A stretch of DNA of 64,000 nt from Eledone cirrhosa. Lineage: Eukaryota. The stretch covers positions 336,474,001 through 336,538,000 of the forward strand of contig OZ024743.1 of the NCBI GenBank assembly GCA_964016885.1, in the 5' to 3' direction. The translations under genes were made by a program, and so were the position numbers. Below the pieces are notes generated by a model. The model searched no databases, had not been told where the DNA came from, and saw nothing but the letters and a program-made list of their open reading frames with translations. This document shows, one piece after another, positions 1-12,432 of the stretch. Numbering within the stretch: the first letter of the stretch is position 1; every line of letters begins with the position of its first letter.

Positions 1-970
1 TCTGGCTTCCGACGCAGACATCATGTCTGCCATCAAGTCCTTCCCAGTCAGCAGCAGCGGAGATGCTGATGGTCTCCGATCTGACCACCTCAAGGAGGTC
101 CTAATCCTCCTCTCCGCTGAGGCTGGGAACCGCCTTCTGAGTGCAATTGTGGAACTCACCAATAGGCTCATCCATGGCGCCCTTGGCTTCGTTACATCTG
201 AACTGGGCGAGGTGCTCAGTCAGTTGGATCTGAGTGTCCCGTGGCTGTGAGGAAGCCGCACATGCAACCAGGCAGTTCTTCAATAGCTGCCTACTGGAAC
301 CGGCATCCAGGGACTCCAGGCACCTCATTGTCAAGCTTGACATGAGGAATGCCTTCAACTCTTTACGCCATGACCATCTGCTCGATGCCTGCCTCAGCCA
401 AGTCCCCCTTGCCAACCCGCTGGCCTACCTGTCATATGGAGTCCCGAGCATGCTCCTTGCTGCTGATACGATCATAACTTCAGCCACTGGGGTCCAACAG
501 GGTGACTTTTTAGGCCCCCCTCCTATTTGCTCTTGGCATAGACCACATTGCCCGGGGTATCACAGCCCCTCTCAATGTTTGGTACCTGGATGATGCTACG
601 TTGGGCGGGCCCGGGGAGACTGTCTGCCATGACCTACAATCAGTGGTTCCTGCTCTGGCGGGAATCTGCCTCCAGATCAACTTGTCCAAGTCGGAGGTGG
701 TGAATGATGTCCACCACGATGCTGAGAGCTTTGCAGCCTCCGTCTCGGACGTGCGGTCCATACTCCTCCAAGTACAGGTGACCCCCAAAGAGGATGTCCT
801 CATCCTTGGGTCAGCGATCCACCTGCCGACTGTCAGCTCTACCATTAGGTCCAGGCTCCAGCAAGTCAAGACCCTCACGAGCCGACTGGGCATGATTGAC
901 GCCCACCGATCCCTCTTCCTGTTGAGGAACTGTTTCGCTATGCTGAAGCTCCTGTATACTCTTATGTCAG
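1..970 (+). pseudogene. Decayed non-LTR retrotransposon RT fragment, CRE/R2-like type
   Basis: Frameshifted ORFs 234-593 and 601-1104 give LDMRNAFNS, GVQQGDFLGP and (across the frameshift) WYLDDATLGGP RT motifs. Confidence 0.8.
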
Positions 971-1573
971 GTCACCAGTTGGTGCTACTGGTAACATGTA
1001 TCCCAGTACAACCTGTCTCATGGTCGGGTCGTTGGCGACTAAACTGGCAACCCCACCAAGGTTTCTTGGTGAGGGGGGTGACTTTGGACATCCTGCAGGA
1101 CTAAAAACAAAATCTGTCAAAGGGGAAAGGAGTTCTTAAGAGTCAATGGCCATCCAAAATCACCGGGAGAGATGACCCCTTAGCCTTTGACAAGGCAGAA
1201 TTCTAGGAGAAGGAAAACTCTGATATAACACCTGCAACCCTGATGGTATCCAATGATATTGACTTGTTCTTCTTTTTGGTAAATATCATCTTGGTTAAGA
1301 GAGTGGGACTGGCTTTGTGCAGTGCCTTTGCTCACTATAAAAGCTTCACGGCACAGGCATTGCTTTATATCTGGAGATCTCTCTGCACTCGTCGTCACAT
1401 GGTACCATGGGCCCAGCACTATGTGTCAATAATTGTCACAAGTGTAGTGTTTGTACCAGAGTTTTCAAGTCGCTGGCTGGACTAAAAGGTCACACTCGTT
1501 CAGCGCATCAGTAGGAGTTCTCCTACATGGATATAAAGTAGTGGCCGTACTCGAAAACGAGTTGGCAGCCACC

Positions 1574-1630
<57 letters not shown>

Positions 1631-1932
1631 TTAGAAACACACAGATACATGCGGACACACACATATATACATGAATGCATCCGCACCCAACTGTGAGTTA
1701 AGGGTGCCAACTTCACCGATGTTGCTCAATGAATGACTGGGACAGACCAATTCAGTTTGAACCAGACTGAACCAGTATCAGAGTTAAAAATACATTATGA
1801 AGAGAGAAGAAACATTTAGATATAATTAGCAATAAAATGTATCATACCTAAACTGCTCCTAAATTCCTCGACTACGTAGTTTCGTGGCATAAACAAAAAC
1901 AATATATCAAAGATATAGAGTCCTTGCGATAT

Positions 1933-2882
1933 ATATATTGTTATGCTTTGGGAGGGTCATGTTGCCAATAAGAAACACACGCACGTGTTGCTTTCACTTC
2001 AATTTATTATAAATTAAATTAAATTTATAAATTTAAGAATTTATAAATTTCCGGTTGGTTGGTTGGTTCCACAACCAGACGATTGTTCGTATATTGTCAA
2101 AGTTCTTTCGTCACACATTCTGTGACCTCTTCAGTGACTGGGGATTCTTTTCTTTGTTTTTGTGTCTCTCCATTGTTCTGTCCTACGCCATCTTGTTTTT
2201 GTGTGTGTTGTGTGCTTAGTTTGCGAATGTGTTACATCCGGGTGTCTGTGTGTGTTTATATTTGTTTATTTATTTGTTTATTTACATGTTACTGGTTGGT
2301 TGTTTGTTCTATGTGTGTGTGTGTGTTCCTTATCTCCTTACTTGTAAGTTGTGATGTTGCTATTCCATTTATGTTTTCTATTTAATTTGGGTTGGAGTTC
2401 ATTTATGTTTATTGCCTCTGTGATTTGTCTAAACATTGCGTCTTTTATGTGTGTAGATTCTATTTTTATTTCTGTTCTCTAATTTACCCTTATGTTCTAT
2501 TTTAGCATGTTGGTGGAGTACAAATGATTCTTTACTATCTTGAAGCTCTCGCCAGTGTTCATTTATCCGTTCTCCTATTCTACAAGCTGTCTCACTTATG
2601 TACATTATATTCTTATCTCTACATTGTCCTTCAGTACATCTTGTTATATACTACATTTCTAGTTTTACAGTTAATATGGGGGCTTAGTTTACAGATTATA
2701 CATTTCTTATCTATACAGAGAGGTTTTTGAAAAGGGTATGTATTGCTGATAAGTGTTTTTATGAAGTGAAAGCAACTGGTGCGTGTGTTTCTTATTGGCA
2801 ACATGACCCTCCCAAAGCATAACAATATCAGTTTCAACACACGTTTTCAGATAAAGAATCTTGCTAAATAAATTCAGAAACG

Positions 2883-2885
<3 letters not shown>
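1933..2885 (-). mobile_element. 5'-truncated PLE family B1 (GIY-YIG C-terminus + pseudo-LTR) with an inverted 3'-end copy at 2761-2885
   Basis: Minus strand encodes CIDKKCIICKLSPHINCKTRNVVY; near-identical to 41590-42707 and 46573-47680; both ends abut (TA)n. Confidence 0.85.
2096..2138 (-). ncRNA. Type I hammerhead ribozyme (PLE B1 pLTR)
   Basis: gtca CTGAAGA g gtcaca-gaatg-tgtgac GAAA gaac TT tgac; stems I and II pair perfectly. Confidence 0.85.
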
Positions 2886-2960
<75 letters not shown>

Positions 2961-3338
2961 ATTTACATATACATAAAGTCATAGATATATATGTGGCAAC
3001 CGGTCACGTTGTGGTTCAATGAATAATTAATAAATTAAATAATCAGAGCAATATATCATAAATCATGTTCTTAGAATTATTAGATAAAATATATACCATT
3101 TCCTCTCCCAATTAGCATAATTAACCATATAAAAAATCAATTAGACCAGGCTATAAGAATAAAGGCTCCTATGAAGAAATATTTGACAAATAACCGAAAG
3201 CGGCCTCTTCGCGGTGACCCCAATAGAGTATTTATTCAACATTTCTACAGCATGTAGAAACTGACTAAATATACCGTCAACCATACACAATTAGGTGTAA
3301 ATTTAAACTTAGAAGAAACGTGTACATACCGTAATTAC

Positions 3339-3417
3339 ATCTCTACCATTGTTTCGTTCGTATTTTTAGGTATCCTATTGTTAGGATGGACCCAGAGTAA
3401 CAGATTCATCAGGAGAC
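3339..3417 (-). ncRNA. Type I hammerhead ribozyme with long stem II
   Basis: gtctc CTGATGA ...about 50 nt... GAAAC aatg GTA gagat; stem I tctc/gaga. Confidence 0.75.
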
Positions 3418-3700
3418 AAACTCAAGATTGGACAGTTAATTTTCCAAAGCGATCGCGCCAAAAATAGATTCAAAAATGGCTAAGAATCGTGACGTGGCAG
3501 TGGTCAAGTTAGAAAGAATGTGATTAGTTGCTTACGGCGGGTAGGCTGGTTGCTAGAAAGCGCAGCCCAATATCGCCCAATTGTATATCAACTCAGTGGG
3601 AGATTATTAAATATAAAGATTTACATATACATAAAGTCATAGATATATATGTGGCAACCGGTCACGTTGTGGCTCAATGAAGAATTAATAAATTAAATAA

Positions 3701-3797
3701 TTGTTTCTACTTTAGGCACAAGGCCAGCAATTACCCAGTGCATTACCGGTACTTTATTTTATCGACCTCGTAAGGATGAAAGGCTAAGTCAACCTTA
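3701..3797 (-). mobile_element. SINE 3' fragment (octopus OR-like, Nin/Deu-type core)
   Basis: Reverse complement of ...gcctttcatccttacgaggtcgataaaataaagtaccggtaatgcactggg. Confidence 0.8.
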
Positions 3798-3919
3798 AAT
3801 AATGAGAGCAATATATCATAAATCATGTCCTTAGAATTATTAGATAAAATATATACCATTTCCTGTCTGGGAGAGGAAATGGTATATATTTTATCTAATA
3901 ATTCTAAGGACATGATTTA

Positions 3920-3965
<46 letters not shown>

Positions 3966-4184
3966 TCAACCATTACAGAAAAATCGTGTAAAAGAGTGAA
4001 AGCGGCGATTCTTTGCTCAAACTTTAATTCGTACAAATAATTAATATTTTCTCTAAGGGTTTTTTATATACTGTATGTTTATCTAAAAGCTTTTTGAAGG
4101 CCATTCGCTGTGAATTTTAAAGTAGTGACTAACGTCACATGCCACGTCCCGGCTTCTTCTTAGCTTCGTATGGACCTATAATAA

Positions 4185-4288
<104 letters not shown>

Positions 4289-4515
4289 AATACGCACGTG
4301 CACAAGTATAGCTCTTTTAACAAAACGTTTTTTTTCCATTTCAGATAGACGCGCTCCATCATCCACTTTTCTAAAAGACAAATATTACACAAAACGCCAG
4401 CACCACCAGTTTTGCAAGAGATGTCACCATGAATGGACCTGTAATTTTTATCTAAAGACATTTTTTTACAATTCCATCCCGCTCGTTCCCTCAATCTATT
4501 TTATTCATCATTCTT

Positions 4516-4551
4516 TCTTCTGATGAAGGACTAACGTCCGAAACGTTAAGA
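4516..4551 (+). ncRNA. Minimal type I hammerhead ribozyme at the 3' end of a repeat (about 3962-4644)
   Basis: CTGATGA a ggac-taac-gtcc GAAAC GTTA aga; palindromic stem III (aacgtt) typical of PLE HHRs. Confidence 0.8.
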
Positions 4552-4639
4552 TCCTCTACCTGCTATATCAAGCGTTAACCTAATATATACCTTCCATATA
4601 ATGTACCGATTGTGTTGTTATTTCTGTTTACCTTTTACA

Positions 4640-4678
<39 letters not shown>

Positions 4679-4716
4679 TTGTAAAAGGTAAACAGAAATA
4701 ACAACACAATCGGTAC

Positions 4717-4779
<63 letters not shown>

Positions 4780-5351
4780 TAATTAATTTGTTAATTTACT
4801 TCTCGCACGAAAATGAACACAAAGGAATGTGTGGAATCAGAATATAAAATTTAAAAAAAAACGCTCTCACTTTTACTCTCCCTCTCTCTGCTAGCTACCC
4901 CGTACTTCCACCGTTTCTCTCAACTCTGCCTCTTGTTTTTCTACTCTCACGGAGGGCAGACCTGTCTCTTTTTTTTACTCTCTGTTTCACCGTATTCTCA
5001 GCCTCGGTCTTAAGTCCAGTAGCTGATGTTAACAGCCTTGTCTTTCTCTTCCGTTGTTACGAAACATGATTCTCGTGTTTCCCTCTTCGGTGTGTTTCTT
5101 TCCGTCTTTTTTCTTTCCTTTTCCCCTTCTGTTATATTTTTTCCTCTTTCTCCCTCGATTCTTTCCCCAGTGGCTTCCTTTAGTTATTGACGTACTAGAG
5201 CTGGGAATCTTGTCTTTAATGCGTAGAAATGTCCATGAGCTCCAGAAGACAACTGATGAAACGGAAATTACCCCCCGTTCGTGAATTCCTCTTATTTATA
5301 AATACACTTTATCCACCATCAACACAGCCCCGGTTCCTTCACAAATTTATA

Positions 5352-5392
<41 letters not shown>

Positions 5393-5395
<3 letters not shown>

Positions 5396-6512
5396 AGTTA
5401 ATATAAATTAATATATGATAAACACTAATACAATCATATAAGTGTTTGTATTGCAAATGACCAAGTTAGCTAGATTGAAAAATACTAATTAGATTAATAC
5501 AGTTTGCCTGTCTCGATTTAAAATAATAAATCAATAAAAACAAACCCATATTGGCAATAGCCGTGATACCTGGACAAATTTAAATTTCAAAACCCAAACC
5601 TGTTCCGTAGACAAATTTAAATTTCAAAACCCAAATAAGTTTCGCAACGATAAGTGAAATAGTGAAAAATTCCATTCTCTGTGCTCCTCGGCAGGTATCC
5701 AGAAAAATTGGTATGTTTCACCTCGAAATACTTAGGAGGACTGATAGGCAAGTGTTAACGCACATGGTTTTTCAGCTCCTAGCTATCCCCATACTCGTGC
5801 TGCTAGAAATAACAGCCGTTTTTATGGGACTAAAATTTAGCTCAACAAAAGGAGCCGTTAATACTATATATAGAGTTATAAACTCAAACAGTCTTTTACA
5901 ATTAAATAGCTCAAAGAAAGAAGTATTTCTGAGCCGTGATATACAAGTTAATATAAATTAATATATGATAAACACTAATACAATCATATAAGTGTTTGTA
6001 TTGCAAATGACTGTTATTTCTAGCAGCACGAGTATGGGGATAGCTAGGAGCTGAAAAACCATGTGCGTTAACACTTGCCTATCAGTCCTCCTAAGTATTT
6101 CGAGGTGAAACATACCAATTTTTCTGGATACCTGCCGAGGAGCACAGAGAATGGAATTTTTCACTATTTCACTTATCGTTGCGAAACTTATTTGGGTTTT
6201 GAAATTTAAATTTGTCTACGGAACAGGTTTGGGTTTTGAAATTTAAATTTGTCCAGGTATCATGGCTATTGCCAATATGGGTTTGTTTTTATTGATTTAT
6301 TATTTTAAATCGAGACAGGCAAACTGTATTAATCTAATTAGTATTTTTCAATCTAGCTAACTTGGTCATTTGCAATACAAACACTTATATGATTGTATTA
6401 GTGTTTATCATATATTAATTTATATTAACTTGTATTTCACGGCTCAGAAATACTTCTTTCTTTGAGCTATTTAATTGTAAAAGACTGTTTGAGTTTATAA
6501 CTCTATATATAG
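5393..6512 (-). mobile_element. ORF-less 550-nt-period unit with a about 500-bp inverted copy (6011-6512)
   Basis: Direct repeat 5393/5943; 6011 onward is the reverse complement; two degenerate HHR-like cores (CTGAAAA..GAAAC and CCGAGGA..GAAAC). Confidence 0.65.
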
Positions 6513-6529
6513 TATATATATATATATAT

Positions 6530-7540
6530 AAAATTGTGAAGGAGCCGAGGTCTGTAACTTGAGCAGAGTCCATGGATCCCATCGTAATATCGAATAAGTT
6601 GTTATATGTGTTCTTGTCCAGTATTCTTCCTGGAAGTTTAGTAAGGTTTTACTAGCGTGAGTTATGATGTTGATTTCCTCAGTAGATAAATCCGATCTAT
6701 TTCTGGCAAAGATCAGTGCTTTGTTTAAAAGAATTGGAGAAATCCAAGAATAGTAAGAATCGATGTCAAATTGAATGAATGAAGACGAGTTTCTATTTTC
6801 AATACTAGTGAACCATTCTCCTGCTATCATTAATTACATAGGAATAGCTCAAGGATTAATGAGAATAGTATAGGCACCCACCCCCAACAACCATCTTACG
6901 TATGGCTGTAATTGCAGAAATAGAAGCATTTGCCCCTTAAATGGCAACTGTTTGATTAATAATGTAATATATAAATGCACTGTGTCTACTACAGACTCCA
7001 AGACAACATATATAGGATCTACATCAAACACATTTAAGAAAAGACTTTACGCACACTCTAATAGTTTCAACAATACTAAACTAGCTAACACCACATCTTT
7101 AGCTGAAGCGGTAAATAATTATAAATCGGAAAAAATAGATTTCAAGTTATTGTGTAACACCATTCTACAAAGAACTCCATATCTTGGGAATAGGAGTGAA
7201 TGCAGATTATGTTCAGGGGAGATCTTGGAAATTACTAAATCTAAGGACGATTTATTAAATAAAAGGCAGGAACTGATCATAGTTTGTAATCACCGTATAC
7301 AAAGAACATTTAAATACTATAAACCTAATTAAATACTATAAACCTAATTAAATATTCGAAATAGCAACTCACTATAATTATATATAGAGTAACATTTATT
7401 AGTACCCCTTTCCCCTAATTATATGCATTCATGCTTATTTTTTACCTTTTATGTTTTAGTTTCCTTAGATTTATGCGTTAATGACTAAAGGCAAAAAGGT
7501 ACACAACCACCCGTAATTGCAAGAGTAAATATATATCTAT
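6530..7540. mobile_element. Rearranged PLE of YRDD type: inverted RT fragment (6530-6830, minus) + GIY-YIG (6850-7332, plus)
   Basis: FIQFDIDSYY RT motif A; VIYKCTV..YIGSTSNTFKKRLYAH and CRLC..E GIY-YIG motifs. Confidence 0.85.
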
Positions 7541-7608
7541 GTATGATATAGAAATATATTTACGTGTGTGTATATATATATATATTTATGTATGTTTATA
7601 TATGTATG

Positions 7609-7639
<31 letters not shown>

Positions 7640-7790
7640 GTATATGTATGTGTGAGTGTGTATGTGTATATATATGTGTGTGTTTGTGTGTGTGTATATG
7701 TGAGTATAGGTGTATGAGTGTGTGTACATGTATGAGGAGTGTACATACACACACATATATATATGTGTGCGTGTATATATATATATATAT

Positions 7791-7979
7791 AATTGTTTCT
7801 ACTTTAGGCACAAGGCCAAATATCACCCAGTGTATTACTGGTACTTTATTTTATCGACCCCGTAAGGTTGAAAGGCAAAGTCTACCTCGGCGGGATTTGA
7901 ACTCAGATCGTAAAGGGGCGTAACTATGCTGGAAAGCATGGCGTTCGACCCTCTACCGATTCTGCCAATCCACCGCCCT
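7791..7979 (-). mobile_element. tRNA-derived SINE (octopus OR-like)
   Basis: B-box gagttcaaatc and the conserved gtcgataaaataaagtaccagt core on the minus strand. Confidence 0.85.
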
Positions 7980-8137
7980 ATATATATATATATAATATAT
8001 ATATATATATATGTGTATATGTATGTATATATATATATATATATATAATGGAAAAATTTGAACAGGGACAAAACAGAGAGGCAGTACAATAAATGTTTAT
8101 TAATTTCACGCTCAGGAGAGTGGGGGGTAGGTGGGGG

Positions 8138-8171
8138 ACGACGTTTCGGGCATAAGCCCTTCCTCAGGTGA
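8138..8171 (-). ncRNA. Minimal hammerhead ribozyme (PLE A)
   Basis: cac CTGAGGA a gggc-ttat-gccc GAAAC GTC gt. Confidence 0.8.
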
Positions 8172-9610
8172 GAAGTGTGTGGGAACAGAGTTCAAAAGGT
8201 GTGTAGCGGAGTGGTGGAGAGACATATAGCGAAAGGAAACGGTGCGAATGAAAAAAAACAAATAAAGCATGATCAAAATACAAGGAATGAGAACATTTAA
8301 AAATAAAGACATGATCAAAATAGACAGAAATAAAAGGGGGGTAAACAGGTGGTGGAAGGGTGTGGGGTGAGTAGGGGTGGTGACGGGTGGAGTGGGGAGA
8401 GGGAGACGGGGGTGTCCGAGCGGGGAGGGCTGAATGTGGTGTGTGTGTGTAGGTGTGCGTGTGTGTGTGTGTGTATGTGAAAGTAAGGGTTGGGGGAAAA
8501 ACGGGGTTGCATGTTCAGGAAGAGGTGTGTGTGGGGGGTGTTTTGTGGGTTGGAGTGTCTGTGCGTGTGTGGATAGGGGGTGGGGGGAGAGGAATCAGGA
8601 GGCTGAGGGTGTAAATATGTGGTGGGAAGCACGTGTGTGTGGGGTTTAAGCGTGTTGTGGGTGTGGGTGGCGTGTGGAGAAAAAAATGTTGGGGGGTGTG
8701 TGTGCGGGTGAGTTATATAGGTGATTGCGCAAGAGGATGGTTGAAAAGTTGGTAAGTTCCAAGGATGTTTAGTAGATTGGTAGTAAATCAAATTCTGCGT
8801 GTGGGTAATCCATGAAGTGGTGGTTGGAAGAGGAGAGATGTGGGGTGCGCGCGCAACAGGAAGTGGTCAGCAGTGGGAGTGGTGTGGTCTGTTGGTGCTG
8901 GGAGGTGGCCAGAGGGCACAGCAGCAGTCAGTGGAATGGTAGGGGGCGGGGATGGGTAGGTGTGAAAGTTGGAGTGAGGAGGGTGTGTGTGTGTATTAGT
9001 AGAGGTGTTAGTGGGATGAGTGAGTGTGGAGCGAGGGTGTGGGTGGAGTGGGGAGAGATGGGTGTGTGTGGTTCTATGGAGGGGGTGTGGTGTACTGGTG
9101 TGTGTGTAGTTTGATGAAGAGGTGTTAGTGGGTGTTAGTATACGGGAGGTGGGGAGGGGTTGAATGCAGGTGTGAGTGGGGGTTAGTGGTGGTAGGGTGT
9201 GTAGAGTTGGTGGTGTACGAGGGTGTGTGAAACGTGTGCGTGGGGTTGGGGGGTGTTAGTGATGTTAGTTGCGTGTGGGGTGGGTGGTGTAAGTGGGTGC
9301 GTGTGTTCGTGTGCTTGGGGTTAGGGGGTGTTAGTGAGGTTAGTTGCGGGGTGGTGGGATGGAGGTGTGGGGGTGAGAGGTGTGGGGGTGAGGGTTACTG
9401 GTGGTAGTAGGGTGTGTGTTTAGTGTGAGCGCGTGTATATATGTGCCGGTGGGTGTGTGCGTGTGATAAGGAGGGGGGAGGAGGAGAAGAGGGGAGGGAA
9501 GGGATGTTAGTATGTTAGTTGGGGAAGGGTGGTCAGATGAGGGGTGGAGTGGAGGTGTTAGTATTGTTAGTGTGGGGTGGGCGGTGAAAAGGAGGGGTGT
9601 GTTAGTGGTG

Positions 9611-12432
9611 TTAGTGGGAGATAAGTGAGGGGAGGAGGGGGCGGTCGAACACTAAAGGAATAAGGGTAAGGAGTTCAGGCCGGGGGAGTGTGGGTCTGTA
9701 AGATGAAGATAGTTCGTTGTTCGACCGTAAGACGATGGGCGGGTGTTCCGTGGCACTGGAGTAGGCCACAGACTGTGAGATGGCGTGCGGAGTGTCCAGG
9801 GCCACCAAAGTGGCGGGCGATGGGGGAACTGCCCCCGAGACGAATATCCCGGAGGTGCTCCGTGACTCGGTCCGCCAGGCGACGTCCCGTCTGTCCGACA
9901 TAAGTCGAATTCCGTAGACTAGGTTGGAGGAGGTGCAGCGGAAGGCATGCCGGACGGAGAGAGAGTGGCCGTTGGGACCCTGGAAGGAGGTGGTGTTGGT
10001 GATGTGGGGACAGGTGTTGCAGCGGGGCCTAGAACAGGGAAAGGAACCGGGGGGAACAGAGCATGGGTTGGGGGTAGGGAGCTGTGGACGAGGAGGGTGC
10101 GGAGATTGCGTGCGCGTTTGAAGGAGGGGAGTGGTGGGGTTTGGAAGATGTGGGAGGTGGAGGGGTCAGACTGGAGGCGTCGGAAGAGGCGGCGGATGGT
10201 GCGGTGGTGGGTAAGGTGGAGGGGTGGTAGGTGATGGGGAAGGGGAGACGGTGGGTGGGTGTGCGGTGGCGTGGGGTGAGGGTGGTGGAGCGGGGGACAG
10301 CACGGGCGCGGGTGAGAGCGGTGTAGACGGGGGGGGGGGGGGGGGGGGTAACCTCTGCGGATGAAATGGCTGACTAGGGAAAGGGCCTGGGACTCGAAGT
10401 CAGCATCACGGCTACAGAGACGGCAGATCCTGAGAAGTTGGGAGTAGGGAATGGAGGGTTTAGTATGGGTGGGGTGGGAAGAGGTGAAGTCAATGTAAGA
10501 GTGGGAGTCGGTGGGTTTGAAGAAGGCGGAGGTGACGAGGGAGTGGTGGGAGGGGTCGAAGGCGACGGAGATGTCTAAGAAGTGGACGTGGGTGGTGGAG
10601 ATAGAGGTGGTGAAGTGGAGGGAGGGGTGGAAGGAGCAGAAGAAGGAGAGAAAGGAGTCGAGCTGTTCTCGGGTGAGGGTCGTGGCTCCGATACAGTCGT
10701 CAATGTAACGACCGTACAGTTCGGGCGTGGGGCCGGTGTACTGGGCAAAGATTTGGGCCTCAACATGGCCAACAAAATGGTTGGCATAGTTCGGGCCCAT
10801 TCTTGTACCCATGGCTACCCCCGTGACCTGTTGGTAAAACTCACCCGAGAAGGAGAAACAATTTAGGGTGAGGACCAGCTCGGCGAGGCGAAGGAGGGTG
10901 GGGTGGAGGGAATGGGGGAGGGGCGAAGGTCGAGGTAGTGTTTGAGGGCGCGAAGGCCGTCGGCGTGGGGGATGACTGTATAGAGGGACTTGATGTCTAG
11001 GGTGAAGAGGAAGGGCTGTGGGCCGGGTAGGTAGGTGAAGGAGTCGAAAAGGCGCAGGGCGTGGTTAGTGTCGGAGATGTGGGAGGGGAGGGTGGTGACA
11101 AGGGGGGCGAGGAGGGAGTCGAGAAAGGCGGAGATGAGTTCGGTGGGGCAGTTGCAAGCGGAGACGATGGGGCGGCCGAGGTTGTCGGGTTTGTGGAGTT
11201 TGGGGAGGAAGTAGATGGTGGGGGTGCGAGGGGTGCGGACGATGAGGTGGGAAGCGGTGGGGGGAGGAGGGAGGAGGCGATAAGGTCTTTGATGGTGGAG
11301 GAGACTTGTTGTTGGTAGAGGGGGGTGGGATCGGAGGGTAGAGGGCGGTAAAAGAGGGGGTTACAGAGCTGCCTGAGGGCTTCGGCCGTGTAGAGGTCCG
11401 CGCGCCATACCACTATTGCGCCTCCCTTGTCCGCCGGTTTGATGACGATGTCATCTCGTCTACAGAGGGAGCGGAGAGCGAGGAGTTCGCCCCGTGAGAT
11501 ATTGTGCCGTTTGGAACGGTGGCGGAAGTTGAAACGATTTACTGCGCTACGGCTGGCATCGACGAAGGCGTCCAGGGTGCTAAATTGCCCTGGGGCCGGC
11601 GTCCAAGAAGATGGTCGTCGGCCCAGGGCGAGAAACGGGTCTGGGGCGTCCGGAGCCGGTGGCGTTCGGCTGAAATGTGCCTGTAGCTTAGTGCGTCGCA
11701 CGAATCGCTCGACTTCCGTTCGGGTGCGGAACTCGTCGCTGTGCTGAGTGTGGGGTATGAAGCGAAGGCCTCTACTTAGGAGTGAGCGCTCAGGTGTGGA
11801 GAGGGGGAGGTCAGGGGTATGTTGACAACAAGGGGTGGTGTTTTGGGTGTTTGGGGGGATCGGAGCATGTGGTGAGGGGTGAGGTGGAGGGTGGAGATTG
11901 GGTAGGGGTGTGGGTCGGGGAGAGGTGGAGAGTGGTGGGCGTATGGGGATGGGCGGGTGGTGGTGGATGGGGGGAGTGAGTGTAGCTTGCGGGCTTTGGT
12001 GGAGCTGAGGAACGAGAAGAGGTTGTGGTTGAGGTTGTGGATGAAGGAGAGGATGGCTTCGGCGAGGAGGGGGTGGCAGATGGAGTAAAGGCGGAGGAGG
12101 GTGGGGGTCAGTTGGTGGTCAAGTAGGCGGAGGGTGGAACGGGAGGCGCGGATGGAGTTGCGCATCAGGAGGCGTGAGGATCGGGTGAGGATACGTTGCG
12201 TGGAGGGGGAAGCGGCGGGGGAGGGGTGGAAGTGTAGACGAAAGCCGAGGGGGATAAGGTGGAGGCGGAGGCAGTGGCTGAGGAAATGGATGTGGCTGGA
12301 GTGCCGGGTTTTGGCGAAGAGAAGGTAGGAGAGTTGAATGTCGGAGGGGAGATAGCAGTGTGGGAGGAGGGGGGTGAGGAAAAGTTTGAGGCGATTGTGT
12401 AGTTGGTGGAGAAAGGATCTCAGGTTGGGCAT
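9611..12432 (-). pseudogene. PLE RT-GIY-YIG polyprotein, frameshifted
   Basis: PADKGG, DIKSLYTVIPH, GVAMGTRMGPNYAN, YGRYIDD, Cys linker CSRPRCNTC, YVGQTGRRLADR..EH. Confidence 0.9.

Larger units (their letters stand above)
2953..3925 (-). mobile_element. ORF-less HHR-bearing unit, 658-nt period, about 1.25 copies plus short inversion (retrozyme-like)
   Basis: Direct repeat 2956/3614; SINE fragment inserted at 3701-3797; inverted tail 3865-3925; flanked by (TA)n. Confidence 0.7.

Noticed and set aside
975-1575. Possible LINE 5' UTR fragment
   Set aside because: Only vague resemblance; cannot be supported without a database search
1864-1890. GAAAC tacgta GTC half-hammerhead on the minus strand
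   Set aside because: The CUGANGA half is missing, probably truncated; not callable
5253-5290. CTGATGA followed by a hairpin
   Set aside because: No GAAA or stem III after the hairpin
5662-6164. Two identical-start ORFs (MKNSILCAPRQ...) on opposite strands
   Set aside because: By-product of the inverted duplication; GTG start, antisense to the inferred element, no recognisable domain
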